NCBI RefSeq assembly: GCF_000195955.2
Contig: NC_000962.3
Span: 330,001 to 362,000 of the forward strand
Source of the DNA: Mycobacterium tuberculosis H37Rv
GTDB taxonomy: Bacteria > Actinomycetota > Actinomycetes > Mycobacteriales > Mycobacteriaceae
Direction of reading: 5' to 3'
DNA length: 32,000 nucleotides
The notes below the pieces were generated by a model, which saw only the letters and a program-made list of their open reading frames with translations, searched no databases and was not told the origin of the DNA. Shown here piece after piece: positions 15,639-25,883 of this stretch. The number at the start of each line of letters is the position of its first letter. Position 1 is the first letter of the stretch. The position numbers and the translations under genes are program-made.

Positions 15639-18600
15639 GCAGACTGATCTTTGAGGCTCGTCGCCGACTGGCGCCGCCGAGCAGCCACCAGGGCACCATC
15701 ATCATCGAGGCGCCTCCCGAGCTGCCTCGGGTGATCCCACCGTCACTGCTACGACGAGCGCTGCCTTATCTGATCGGGATCCTCATCGTGGGGATGATCG
15801 TGGCGCTGGTCGCCACCGGGATGCGGGTGATTTCTCCGCAGACGTTGTTCTTCCCATTTGTGCTGCTGTTGGCGGCCACCGCGCTCTACCGCGGCAACGA
15901 CAAGAAGATGCGCACCGAGGAGGTCGACGCCGAACGGGCCGACTACCTACGTTACCTATCGGTGGTGCGGGACAACATTCGGGCCCAGGCCGCCGAGCAG
16001 CGGGCCAGCGCGTTGTGGTCTCATCCTGACCCGACGGCGTTGGCGTCGGTGCCGGGGTCACGTCGCCAATGGGAGCGTGACCCGCACGACCCCGACTTTT
16101 TGGTGTTGCGGGCCGGCCGGCACACGGTACCGCTGGCTACTACGCTGCGAGTCAACGACACCGCCGACGAGATCGACCTGGAACCGGTGTCGCACAGTGC
16201 ATTACGCAGCCTGCTCGACACCCAGCGCAGCATTGGCGACGTGCCGACCGGGATCGACCTGACCAAGGTTTCGCCGATCACCGTGCTGGGGGAGCGCGCA
16301 CAGGTGCGCGCGGTGTTACGCGCCTGGATCGCTCAGGCGGTGACCTGGCACGACCCGACGGTGCTCGGGGTGGCGCTGGCCGCGCGTGATCTGGAGGGTC
16401 GCGATTGGAACTGGCTGAAGTGGTTACCGCACGTGGACATTCCCGGCCGCCTCGATGCGCTGGGCCCGGCCCGCAATCTGTCGACCGATCCCGACGAGCT
16501 CATCGCGCTGCTGGGGCCCGTCCTGGCAGACCGCCCGGCGTTTACCGGGCAGCCAACAGATGCGTTGCGGCACTTGCTGATCGTCGTCGATGACCCGGAC
16601 TACGACCTGGGCGCATCGCCGCTGGCGGTGGGCCGCGCGGGTGTCACCGTCGTGCACTGCTCGGCCAGTGCGCCGCACCGGGAACAGTATTCGGATCCGG
16701 AAAAGCCGATCCTGCGGGTGGCTCACGGCGCTATCGAACGCTGGCAGACAGGCGGCTGGCAGCCCTACATCGACGCCGCCGACCAATTCAGCGCTGATGA
16801 GGCCGCCCACCTGGCGCGCCGACTGTCGCGGTGGGACTCCAACCCCACCCATGCCGGGCTGCGCTCGGCGGCCACTCGCGGCGCGAGTTTCACCACACTG
16901 CTGGGCATCGAGGACGCATCCCGACTGGATGTGCCCGCGCTGTGGGCGCCGCGACGACGCGACGAGGAGTTACGCGTGCCGATCGGTGTCACTGGCACCG
17001 GCGAGCCGCTGATGTTCGACCTCAAAGACGAAGCCGAGGGCGGGATGGGCCCGCACGGGCTGATGATCGGCATGACCGGTTCGGGCAAGTCGCAGACTTT
17101 GATGTCGATTCTGTTGTCGCTGTTGACCACACACTCCGCGGAGCGGCTCATCGTCATCTACGCCGACTTCAAGGGTGAGGCCGGCGCCGACAGTTTCCGA
17201 GATTTCCCGCAGGTGGTTGCGGTGATCTCGAATATGGCCGAGAAGAAGTCGTTGGCTGATCGGTTCGCCGACACGCTGCGCGGCGAGGTGGCTCGTCGCG
17301 AGATGCTGCTGCGTGAGGCCGGCCGCAAGGTCCAGGGCAGCGCGTTCAACTCGGTGCTCGAGTATGAAAACGCCATCGCCGCAGGGCATAGCCTGCCGCC
17401 CATCCCGACACTGTTCGTGGTCGCCGACGAGTTCACCTTGATGCTGGCCGATCACCCGGAATACGCGGAGCTGTTCGACTATGTGGCCCGCAAGGGTCGC
17501 TCGTTTCGCATCCACATCCTATTCGCGTCCCAGACACTGGACGTGGGCAAGATCAAAGACATCGACAAGAACACCGCCTATCGGATTGGGCTGAAAGTGG
17601 CCAGCCCCAGCGTTTCTCGCCAGATCATCGGCGTGGAGGACGCCTACCACATCGAGTCGGGCAAAGAACACAAAGGCGTGGGCTTTTTGGTGCCCGCGCC
17701 CGGTGCCACCCCGATAAGGTTCCGCAGCACCTATGTCGACGGGATCTATGAACCGCCGCAGACGGCTAAAGCCGTTGTCGTGCAATCCGTTCCGGAGCCC
17801 AAGCTGTTCACCGCCGCCGCGGTGGAACCGGATCCGGGCACGGTGATCGCCGATACTGACGAACAAGAACCCGCCGACCCACCACGCAAACTGATCGCGA
17901 CCATCGGCGAACAACTGGCCCGCTACGGTCCGCGGGCGCCGCAGTTGTGGCTGCCGCCACTCGACGAAACGATCCCACTGAGCGCGGCGTTGGCCCGCGC
18001 CGGGGTGGGCCCCCGGCAGTGGCGCTGGCCGCTGGGGGAGATCGACAGGCCCTTCGAGATGCGGCGCGACCCGTTGGTGTTTGACGCTAGGTCGTCGGCC
18101 GGAAATATGGTGATCCACGGCGGCCCCAAGTCCGGCAAATCCACTGCGCTGCAGACATTCATCCTCTCAGCTGCTAGCCTGCACTCGCCGCACGAGGTTA
18201 GCTTCTATTGCCTGGACTACGGCGGTGGGCAGCTGCGGGCGCTACAGGATCTAGCGCACGTCGGCAGTGTCGCCTCAGCGCTGGAACCCGAACGCATCCG
18301 CCGCACCTTCGGCGAGCTCGAGCAACTGCTGTTGTCCCGGCAGCAGCGGGAAGTATTCCGTGACCGGGGTGCTAATGGCTCGACCCCCGACGACGGGTTC
18401 GGTGAGGTGTTCCTGGTCATCGACAATCTCTATGGCTTCGGCCGCGATAACACCGATCAGTTCAACACCCGTAATCCGTTGCTGGCCAGGGTAACCGAAC
18501 TGGTCAACGTGGGCCTTGCCTACGGGATCCACGTGATCATTACCACGCCGAGCTGGCTGGAAGTGCCGTTGGCGATGCGCGACGGGCTCGGGCTGCGTCT

Positions 18601-19627
18601 CGAGCTGCGACTGCACGACGCGCGCGACAGCAACGTGCGGGTGGTCGGCGCCCTGCGCCGCCCGGCCGACGCCGTCCCGCACGACCAGCCCGGCCGCGGA
18701 CTGACCATGGCCGCCGAGCACTTCCTGTTCGCGGCTCCAGAACTGGACGCGCAAACAAACCCGGTGGCCGCGATCAACGCCCGCTACCCCGGCATGGCGG
18801 CTCCCCCGGTTCGGTTGTTGCCCACCAACCTTGCGCCGCACGCCGTCGGCGAACTGTATCGGGGTCCCGACCAACTGGTGATTGGCCAGCGCGAAGAAGA
18901 CCTGGCGCCGGTGATACTCGACCTCGCCGCCAACCCGCTGCTGATGGTGTTCGGCGATGCCAGGTCAGGAAAGACGACGCTGCTGCGCCACATCATCCGC
19001 ACCGTCCGCGAGCACTCCACCGCCGACCGGGTCGCGTTCACCGTGCTGGACCGCCGGCTACACCTGGTCGACGAACCACTGTTCCCCGACAACGAGTACA
19101 CCGCCAACATCGATCGGATCATCCCGGCGATGCTCGGGCTGGCCAACCTCATCGAGGCGCGCCGGCCGCCGGCCGGGATGTCTGCGGCCGAGCTGTCCCG
19201 CTGGACCTTTGCCGGGCACACCCACTACCTGATCATCGACGACGTCGACCAGGTACCGGATTCGCCGGCGATGACCGGTCCCTACATCGGACAGCGGCCG
19301 TGGACCCCGCTGATCGGTCTCCTGGCCCAGGCCGGCGACTTGGGGCTACGGGTGATTGTCACCGGGCGTGCCACTGGATCGGCGCACCTGCTGATGACAA
19401 GTCCGTTGCTGCGCCGGTTCAACGACCTGCAGGCGACCACGCTGATGTTGGCAGGCAATCCGGCCGACAGCGGCAAGATTCGCGGTGAGCGGTTTGCCCG
19501 ATTGCCTGCTGGACGAGCAATTCTGTTGACCGACAGTGATAGTCCAACCTACGTGCAGTTGATCAACCCGCTGGTCGATGCGGCCGCGGTTTCTGGTGAA
19601 ACCCAACAGAAGGGGAGTCAGTCATGA
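15635..19627 (+). CDS. eccC3: ESX-3 FtsK/SpoIIIE-family translocase ATPase EccC3, 1330 aa, single polypeptide
   Basis: The track ORF begins at 15509, which would overlap eccB3 by 130 nt. GTG 15635 (GTGA junction) gives [11 protein letters not shown]... There are two N-terminal TM helices and three P-loops: GMTGSGKS 17069..17092, GGPKSGKST 18119..18145, GDARSGKT 18953..18976. Confidence 0.9.
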   Translation: MSRLIFEARRRLAPPSSHQGTIIIEAPPELPRVIPPSLLRRALPYLIGILIVGMIVALVATGMRVISPQTLFFPFVLLLAATALYRGNDKKMRTEEVDAERADYLRYLSVVRDNIRAQAAEQRASALWSHPDPTALASVPGSRRQWERDPHDPDFLVLRAGRHTVPLATTLRVNDTADEIDLEPVSHSALRSLLDTQRSIGDVPTGIDLTKVSPITVLGERAQVRAVLRAWIAQAVTWHDPTVLGVALAARDLEGRDWNWLKWLPHVDIPGRLDALGPARNLSTDPDELIALLGPVLADRPAFTGQPTDALRHLLIVVDDPDYDLGASPLAVGRAGVTVVHCSASAPHREQYSDPEKPILRVAHGAIERWQTGGWQPYIDAADQFSADEAAHLARRLSRWDSNPTHAGLRSAATRGASFTTLLGIEDASRLDVPALWAPRRRDEELRVPIGVTGTGEPLMFDLKDEAEGGMGPHGLMIGMTGSGKSQTLMSILLSLLTTHSAERLIVIYADFKGEAGADSFRDFPQVVAVISNMAEKKSLADRFADTLRGEVARREMLLREAGRKVQGSAFNSVLEYENAIAAGHSLPPIPTLFVVADEFTLMLADHPEYAELFDYVARKGRSFRIHILFASQTLDVGKIKDIDKNTAYRIGLKVASPSVSRQIIGVEDAYHIESGKEHKGVGFLVPAPGATPIRFRSTYVDGIYEPPQTAKAVVVQSVPEPKLFTAAAVEPDPGTVIADTDEQEPADPPRKLIATIGEQLARYGPRAPQLWLPPLDETIPLSAALARAGVGPRQWRWPLGEIDRPFEMRRDPLVFDARSSAGNMVIHGGPKSGKSTALQTFILSAASLHSPHEVSFYCLDYGGGQLRALQDLAHVGSVASALEPERIRRTFGELEQLLLSRQQREVFRDRGANGSTPDDGFGEVFLVIDNLYGFGRDNTDQFNTRNPLLARVTELVNVGLAYGIHVIITTPSWLEVPLAMRDGLGLRLELRLHDARDSNVRVVGALRRPADAVPHDQPGRGLTMAAEHFLFAAPELDAQTNPVAAINARYPGMAAPPVRLLPTNLAPHAVGELYRGPDQLVIGQREEDLAPVILDLAANPLLMVFGDARSGKTTLLRHIIRTVREHSTADRVAFTVLDRRLHLVDEPLFPDNEYTANIDRIIPAMLGLANLIEARRPPAGMSAAELSRWTFAGHTHYLIIDDVDQVPDSPAMTGPYIGQRPWTPLIGLLAQAGDLGLRVIVTGRATGSAHLLMTSPLLRRFNDLQATTLMLAGNPADSGKIRGERFARLPAGRAILLTDSDSPTYVQLINPLVDAAAVSGETQQKGSQS

Positions 19628-19932
19628 CGTTGCGAGTGGTTCCGGAGGGGCTGGCCGCAGCCAGCGCTGCGGTGGAAGCGCTGACGGCGCGGTTGGCCGC
19701 CGCGCATGCGAGCGCAGCGCCGGTGATTACCGCGGTAGTGCCGCCGGCGGCGGATCCGGTGTCGCTGCAGACCGCGGCCGGGTTCAGTGCACAGGGCGTC
19801 GAGCACGCGGTCGTCACCGCCGAAGGTGTCGAAGAGCTGGGACGCGCCGGCGTTGGTGTGGGCGAATCCGGCGCCAGCTACCTGGCCGGTGATGCGGCCG
19901 CCGCCGCTACGTACGGGGTCGTGGGCGGCTGA
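19624..19932 (+). CDS. PE5: PE family protein PE5, 102 aa (PE domain only)
   Basis: [28 protein letters not shown]... with a C-terminal YxxxD secretion motif (YLAGD). ATGA overlap with the eccC3 stop. Confidence 0.9.
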
Positions 19933-19934
19933 GC

Positions 19935-21476
19935 ATGGCCGCGCCCATCTGGATGGCTTCGCCGCCGGAGGTACATTCGGCGTTGCTTAGCAATGGTCCG
20001 GGCCCGGGTTCGCTAGTGGCGGCTGCCACGGCCTGGAGCCAGCTGAGTGCCGAGTATGCCTCGACGGCAGCAGAACTCAGTGGGCTACTGGGGGCGGTAC
20101 CTGGTTGGGCATGGCAGGGGCCCAGCGCGGAGTGGTACGTGGCCGCGCATTTGCCATATGTGGCGTGGCTGACGCAGGCCAGTGCGGATGCCGCAGGAGC
20201 AGCGGCCCAGCACGAGGCCGCCGCGGCGGCCTACACCACTGCCTTGGCAGCCATGCCGACATTAGCGGAGTTGGCCGCCAACCACGTGATTCACACCGTG
20301 TTGGTGGCGACGAATTTCTTTGGGATCAACACGATTCCCATCACGCTCAATGAGGCCGATTACGTGCGCATGTGGTTGCAGGCGGCCGCCGTCATGGGTC
20401 TTTATCAGGCGGCTTCGGGTGCGGCACTGGCTTCGGCGCCGCGCACCGTCCCGGCGCCGACGGTTATGAATCCAGGTGGCGGTGCGGCGAGCACTGTCGG
20501 GGCGGTCAACCCCTGGCAGTGGCTCTTAGCGTTGCTTCAACAGCTCTGGAACGCCTACACGGGTTTCTACGGGTGGATGTTGCAGCTCATCTGGCAGTTC
20601 CTGCAGGATCCCATTGGTAACTCGATCAAGATCATCATCGCCTTCCTCACGAATCCCATTCAGGCACTGATCACTTACGGGCCGCTGTTGTTCGCGCTGG
20701 GCTACCAGATTTTCTTCAACCTGGTCGGCTGGCCGACCTGGGGCATGATCTTGAGCTCGCCGTTCTTGTTGCCGGCCGGGCTCGGGCTGGGCTTGGCAGC
20801 AATAGCCTTTCTACCTATTGTGCTTGCGCCCGCGGTGATTCCGCCGGCGAGTACTCCGCTGGCTGCTGCCGCCGTCGCCGCCGGGTCGGTGTGGCCGGCG
20901 GTCAGCATGGCCGTAACGGGGGCGGGCACCGCTGGGGCTGCGACGCCCGCGGCGGGCGCGGCTCCGTCTGCGGGCGCAGCGCCGGCCCCGGCAGCTCCCG
21001 CGACCGCCAGTTTCGCCTATGCGGTGGGTGGCAGCGGTGATTGGGGGCCGAGCTTGGGGCCGACGGTAGGTGGTCGCGGTGGTATCAAGGCGCCGGCCGC
21101 TACGGTTCCGGCGGCGGCCGCGGCGGCGGCAACTCGTGGGCAGTCGCGCGCGCGGCGGCGCCGGCGGTCTGAATTGCGGGACTACGGCGACGAGTTCTTG
21201 GACATGGATTCCGATAGCGGTTTCGGCCCCTCGACGGGCGACCACGGCGCGCAGGCCTCCGAACGGGGGGCCGGGACGCTGGGATTCGCCGGGACCGCAA
21301 CCAAAGAACGCCGGGTCCGGGCGGTCGGGCTGACCGCACTGGCCGGTGATGAGTTCGGCAACGGCCCCCGGATGCCGATGGTGCCGGGGACCTGGGAGCA
21401 GGGCAGCAACGAGCCCGAGGCGCCCGACGGATCGGGGAGAGGGGGAGGCGACGGCTTACCGCACGACAGCAAGTAA
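19935..21476 (+). CDS. PPE4: PPE family protein PPE4, 513 aa, PPE-PPW subfamily
   Basis: [26 protein letters not shown]-terminus. The central region is hydrophobic and Trp-rich. C-terminal GFAGT and PMVPGTW motifs are present. It starts 2 nt after the PE5 stop. Confidence 0.9.
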
Positions 21477-21524
21477 CCGAATTCCGAATCACGTGGACCC
21501 GTACGGGTCGAAAGGAGAGATGTT

Positions 21525-21818
21525 ATGAGCCTTTTGGATGCTCATATCCCACAGTTGGTGGCCTCCCAGTCGGCGTTTGCCGCCAAGGCGGGGCTGATGC
21601 GGCACACGATCGGTCAGGCCGAGCAGGCGGCGATGTCGGCTCAGGCGTTTCACCAGGGGGAGTCGTCGGCGGCGTTTCAGGCCGCCCATGCCCGGTTTGT
21701 GGCGGCGGCCGCCAAAGTCAACACCTTGTTGGATGTCGCGCAGGCGAATCTGGGTGAGGCCGCCGGTACCTATGTGGCCGCCGATGCTGCGGCCGCGTCG
21801 ACCTATACCGGGTTCTGA
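21525..21818 (+). CDS. esxG: ESAT-6-like (WXG100) protein EsxG, 97 aa
   Basis: MSLLDAHIPQLVASQSAFAAKAGLMRHTIGQAEQ... It has HQG in place of WXG and a C-terminal YVAAD (YxxxD). AAGGAGAG lies 5 nt upstream of the ATG. Confidence 0.95.
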   Translation: MSLLDAHIPQLVASQSAFAAKAGLMRHTIGQAEQAAMSAQAFHQGESSAAFQAAHARFVAAAAKVNTLLDVAQANLGEAAGTYVAADAAAASTYTGF

Positions 21819-21847
21819 TCGAACCCTGCTGACCGAGAGGACTTGTG

Positions 21848-22138
21848 ATGTCGCAAATCATGTACAACTACCCCGCGATGTTGGGTCACGCCGGGGATAT
21901 GGCCGGATATGCCGGCACGCTGCAGAGCTTGGGTGCCGAGATCGCCGTGGAGCAGGCCGCGTTGCAGAGTGCGTGGCAGGGCGATACCGGGATCACGTAT
22001 CAGGCGTGGCAGGCACAGTGGAACCAGGCCATGGAAGATTTGGTGCGGGCCTATCATGCGATGTCCAGCACCCATGAAGCCAACACCATGGCGATGATGG
22101 CCCGCGACACGGCCGAAGCCGCCAAATGGGGCGGCTAG
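21848..22138 (+). CDS. esxH: ESAT-6-like (WXG100) protein EsxH (TB10.4), 96 aa
   Basis: [48 protein letters not shown]... is the TB10.4 antigen sequence as I know it. The WXG motif is WQG. The track ORF starts one codon earlier, at GTG 21845. Confidence 0.95.
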
Positions 22139-22148
22139 CTCGCGCTAC

Positions 22149-23036
22149 ATGGATGCAACACCCAACGCCGTCGAGCTGACGGTCGACAACGCTTGGTTCA
22201 TCGCTGAAACCATTGGGGCGGGGACCTTTCCGTGGGTGCTGGCGATCACGATGCCCTATAGTGATGCCGCCCAGCGGGGTGCGTTCGTCGACCGTCAGCG
22301 CGACGAGCTGACCCGGATGGGGCTGTTATCGCCGCAGGGTGTTATCAACCCTGCGGTCGCCGACTGGATCAAAGTGGTGTGCTTCCCGGACCGCTGGCTT
22401 GACCTGCGTTATGTGGGGCCGGCCTCGGCCGACGGCGCCTGCGAGCTGCTACGTGGCATCGTCGCGCTGCGCACCGGCACCGGTAAGACCTCCAACAAGA
22501 CCGGAAACGGTGTTGTTGCGCTGCGTAATGCGCAGCTGGTCACGTTCACCGCGATGGATATCGACGACCCCCGGGCGCTGGTTCCGATTCTTGGTGTCGG
22601 TTTGGCGCACCGGCCGCCGGCGCGGTTCGACGAGTTCAGCTTGCCGACGCGGGTGGGCGCGCGGGCCGACGAACGGCTGCGGTCCGGCGTGCCACTCGGG
22701 GAAGTCGTTGACTATCTGGGTATTCCGGCGTCCGCACGGCCGGTGGTGGAGTCCGTCTTCTCGGGGCCGCGCAGCTACGTCGAGATCGTCGCCGGGTGCA
22801 ACCGTGACGGCCGGCACACCACCACCGAGGTCGGCCTAAGCATCGTCGACACCTCGGCGGGCCGGGTGTTGGTGAGTCCGTCGCGGGCATTCGACGGCGA
22901 GTGGGTCTCCACCTTCAGCCCTGGGACACCGTTTGCGATCGCCGTCGCGATCCAAACACTGACCGCGTGCTTGCCAGACGGGCAATGGTTCCCGGGACAG
23001 CGGGTGTCGCGGGACTTCTCCACCCAATCCTCGTAA
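22149..23036 (+). CDS. espG3: ESX-3 secretion-associated PE/PPE chaperone EspG3, 295 aa
   Basis: Soluble 295-aa ORF at the conserved position after the esx pair and before eccD. Length and order match Rv0289. Confidence 0.85.
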
Positions 23037-23082
23037 TCAGAAACCAGAAAGTGAGCACGATGTCCCAGGAACGGTCCCGCTG

Positions 23083-24501
23083 ATGTCCGGCACCGTCATG
23101 CAGATCGTCCGCGTCGCCATTCTTGCGGACAGCAGGTTGACCGAGATGGCCCTGCCCGCGGAGTTGCCACTGCGCGAAATCCTGCCCGCGGTACAACGCT
23201 TGGTGGTTCCCTCGGCGCAAAACGGCGATGGTGGCCAAGCCGACTCCGGCGCTGCCGTGCAACTGAGTTTGGCGCCCGTCGGCGGGCAGCCGTTTAGCTT
23301 GGATGCCAGCCTGGACACCGTCGGTGTCGTCGACGGTGATCTGTTGGTGTTGCAGCCGGTGCCCGCCGGTCCGGCCGCGCCGGGCATCGTCGAAGACATC
23401 GCCGACGCCGCGATGATCTTTTCGACGTCGCGGTTAAAGCCCTGGGGCATAGCGCATATCCAACGAGGAGCGCTGGCCGCGGTGATTGCCGTGGCTCTGC
23501 TGGCTACCGGTTTGACGGTGACCTATCGGGTTGCCACCGGTGTGCTGGCCGGGCTGCTGGCGGTGGCCGGGATCGCGGTGGCTAGCGCGCTGGCCGGATT
23601 GTTGATCACCATCCGTTCGCCACGTTCGGGTATCGCGCTGTCGATCGCCGCGCTGGTCCCCATCGGCGCGGCCCTGGCGTTGGCGGTGCCAGGAAAGTTC
23701 GGGCCGGCGCAGGTATTGCTGGGTGCAGCTGGGGTAGCCGCATGGTCGCTGATCGCGCTGATGATTCCCAGCGCCGAACGGGAACGCGTCGTCGCCTTCT
23801 TCACCGCAGCGGCGGTGGTCGGGGCGTCGGTGGCGCTGGCGGCCGGTGCGCAATTGCTGTGGCAGCTGCCGTTGTTGAGCATCGGCTGCGGGCTGATTGT
23901 GGCGGCGCTGTTGGTCACCATCCAGGCGGCTCAGCTTTCCGCACTGTGGGCGCGGTTCCCGTTGCCGGTGATCCCGGCGCCGGGGGATCCCACCCCGTCG
24001 GCCCCGCCGTTGCGCCTGCTGGAGGATTTGCCTCGGCGGGTGCGGGTCAGTGACGCCCATCAAAGCGGCTTCATCGCCGCGGCCGTGCTGCTCAGCGTGT
24101 TGGGGTCGGTGGCCATCGCGGTGCGCCCAGAGGCGCTCAGCGTTGTGGGCTGGTATCTGGTGGCGGCGACTGCGGCCGCGGCCACCCTGCGCGCGCGGGT
24201 GTGGGATTCGGCCGCATGCAAGGCGTGGCTGCTGGCTCAGCCCTATCTGGTAGCCGGGGTCCTGTTGGTGTTCTACACCGCGACCGGACGCTATGTCGCC
24301 GCGTTCGGCGCGGTGCTGGTGCTAGCCGTGCTCATGCTGGCCTGGGTTGTGGTGGCACTGAACCCGGGCATCGCTTCGCCGGAGAGCTACTCGCTGCCGC
24401 TGCGCCGGCTGCTGGGTTTGGTCGCCGCCGGGCTGGATGTTTCGCTGATCCCCGTCATGGCCTACCTGGTCGGATTGTTCGCTTGGGTGCTCAACAGATG
24501 A
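23083..24501 (+). CDS. eccD3: ESX-3 polytopic membrane channel component EccD3, 472 aa
   Basis: N-terminal soluble ubiquitin-like region (VRVAILADSRLTEMALPAELPLREILPAV) followed by about 11 hydrophobic helices. The stop overlaps the mycP3 ATG (ATGA). Confidence 0.9.
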   Translation: MSGTVMQIVRVAILADSRLTEMALPAELPLREILPAVQRLVVPSAQNGDGGQADSGAAVQLSLAPVGGQPFSLDASLDTVGVVDGDLLVLQPVPAGPAAPGIVEDIADAAMIFSTSRLKPWGIAHIQRGALAAVIAVALLATGLTVTYRVATGVLAGLLAVAGIAVASALAGLLITIRSPRSGIALSIAALVPIGAALALAVPGKFGPAQVLLGAAGVAAWSLIALMIPSAERERVVAFFTAAAVVGASVALAAGAQLLWQLPLLSIGCGLIVAALLVTIQAAQLSALWARFPLPVIPAPGDPTPSAPPLRLLEDLPRRVRVSDAHQSGFIAAAVLLSVLGSVAIAVRPEALSVVGWYLVAATAAAATLRARVWDSAACKAWLLAQPYLVAGVLLVFYTATGRYVAAFGAVLVLAVLMLAWVVVALNPGIASPESYSLPLRRLLGLVAAGLDVSLIPVMAYLVGLFAWVLNR

Positions 24502-25883
24502 TCCGTGCCGCATTTGCGTGTCTGGCGGCGACCGTGGTCGTTGCGGGGTGGTGGACGCCGCCGGCGTGGGCGATCGGGCCGCCGGTGGTGGACGCCGCCG
24601 CGCAACCGCCCAGCGGAGACCCGGGACCGGTGGCGCCGATGGAACAACGCGGTGCGTGCAGCGTCTCCGGTGTTATCCCGGGCACCGATCCAGGCGTACC
24701 GACGCCCAGCCAAACGATGCTGAATCTGCCTGCGGCTTGGCAGTTTTCCCGGGGTGAGGGCCAGCTGGTGGCGATCATCGACACCGGGGTGCAGCCGGGC
24801 CCGCGACTGCCCAACGTCGATGCCGGTGGTGACTTCGTGGAGTCGACCGACGGGCTGACCGATTGTGACGGGCATGGCACCCTGGTCGCCGGAATCGTCG
24901 CCGGCCAGCCCGGTAATGACGGCTTCTCTGGTGTGGCGCCGGCGGCGCGGCTGCTGTCCATCAGGGCGATGTCTACGAAGTTCTCACCGCGCACATCGGG
25001 GGGCGATCCGCAGCTGGCGCAGGCCACACTTGACGTCGCGGTGCTGGCCGGTGCCATCGTTCATGCGGCCGACCTTGGTGCCAAGGTGATCAACGTCTCC
25101 ACGATCACCTGCCTACCCGCCGATCGGATGGTCGACCAGGCCGCGCTGGGCGCGGCGATCCGGTATGCGGCGGTGGACAAGGACGCGGTGATCGTGGCGG
25201 CCGCGGGAAACACCGGAGCGAGCGGATCGGTCAGCGCGTCGTGTGATTCCAACCCGTTGACCGATCTGAGCCGCCCAGACGATCCGCGGAACTGGGCGGG
25301 CGTCACCTCGGTGTCCATCCCGTCGTGGTGGCAGCCCTACGTGTTGTCGGTGGCGTCGCTCACATCCGCCGGGCAGCCATCGAAATTCAGCATGCCCGGG
25401 CCGTGGGTGGGCATCGCCGCACCCGGGGAAAACATTGCGTCGGTGAGTAACTCAGGCGACGGCGCCCTGGCTAACGGACTGCCCGACGCCCACCAGAAAC
25501 TGGTGGCTCTCAGCGGCACCAGCTACGCGGCCGGCTATGTCTCCGGGGTGGCCGCGCTGGTCCGCAGCCGCTATCCCGGGCTGAACGCCACCGAGGTGGT
25601 GCGCCGGCTGACCGCCACCGCGCACCGCGGCGCCCGAGAGTCCTCCAACATCGTCGGCGCCGGCAACCTGGACGCGGTGGCGGCCCTGACCTGGCAACTG
25701 CCCGCCGAACCCGGGGGCGGTGCCGCACCGGCCAAGCCGGTCGCCGATCCGCCGGTCCCGGCGCCCAAAGACACCACACCGCGCAACGTCGCATTCGCCG
25801 GAGCAGCCGCGCTGAGCGTGCTGGTCGGGCTCACAGCCGCGACTGTCGCGATAGCGCGCCGACGAAGGGAGCCCACCGAATGA
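24498..25883 (+). CDS. mycP3: Mycosin-3, membrane-anchored subtilisin-like serine protease MycP3, 461 aa
   Basis: The track ORF begins at 24201, inside eccD3. ATG 24498 gives the signal peptide MIRAAFACLAATVVVAGWWTPPAWA. The catalytic triad context is AIIDTGV, DGHGTLVAG, SGTSYAAG. The C-terminal TM anchor is AGAAALSVLVGLTAATVAIARRRR. Confidence 0.9.
   Translation: MIRAAFACLAATVVVAGWWTPPAWAIGPPVVDAAAQPPSGDPGPVAPMEQRGACSVSGVIPGTDPGVPTPSQTMLNLPAAWQFSRGEGQLVAIIDTGVQPGPRLPNVDAGGDFVESTDGLTDCDGHGTLVAGIVAGQPGNDGFSGVAPAARLLSIRAMSTKFSPRTSGGDPQLAQATLDVAVLAGAIVHAADLGAKVINVSTITCLPADRMVDQAALGAAIRYAAVDKDAVIVAAAGNTGASGSVSASCDSNPLTDLSRPDDPRNWAGVTSVSIPSWWQPYVLSVASLTSAGQPSKFSMPGPWVGIAAPGENIASVSNSGDGALANGLPDAHQKLVALSGTSYAAGYVSGVAALVRSRYPGLNATEVVRRLTATAHRGARESSNIVGAGNLDAVAALTWQLPAEPGGGAAPAKPVADPPVPAPKDTTPRNVAFAGAAALSVLVGLTAATVAIARRRREPTE

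Noticed and set aside
24201-24497. Upstream extension of mycP3 (560-aa track ORF)
   Set aside because: The extension lies wholly inside eccD3 in another frame. ATG 24498 gives a proper signal peptide and an ATGA coupling junction.
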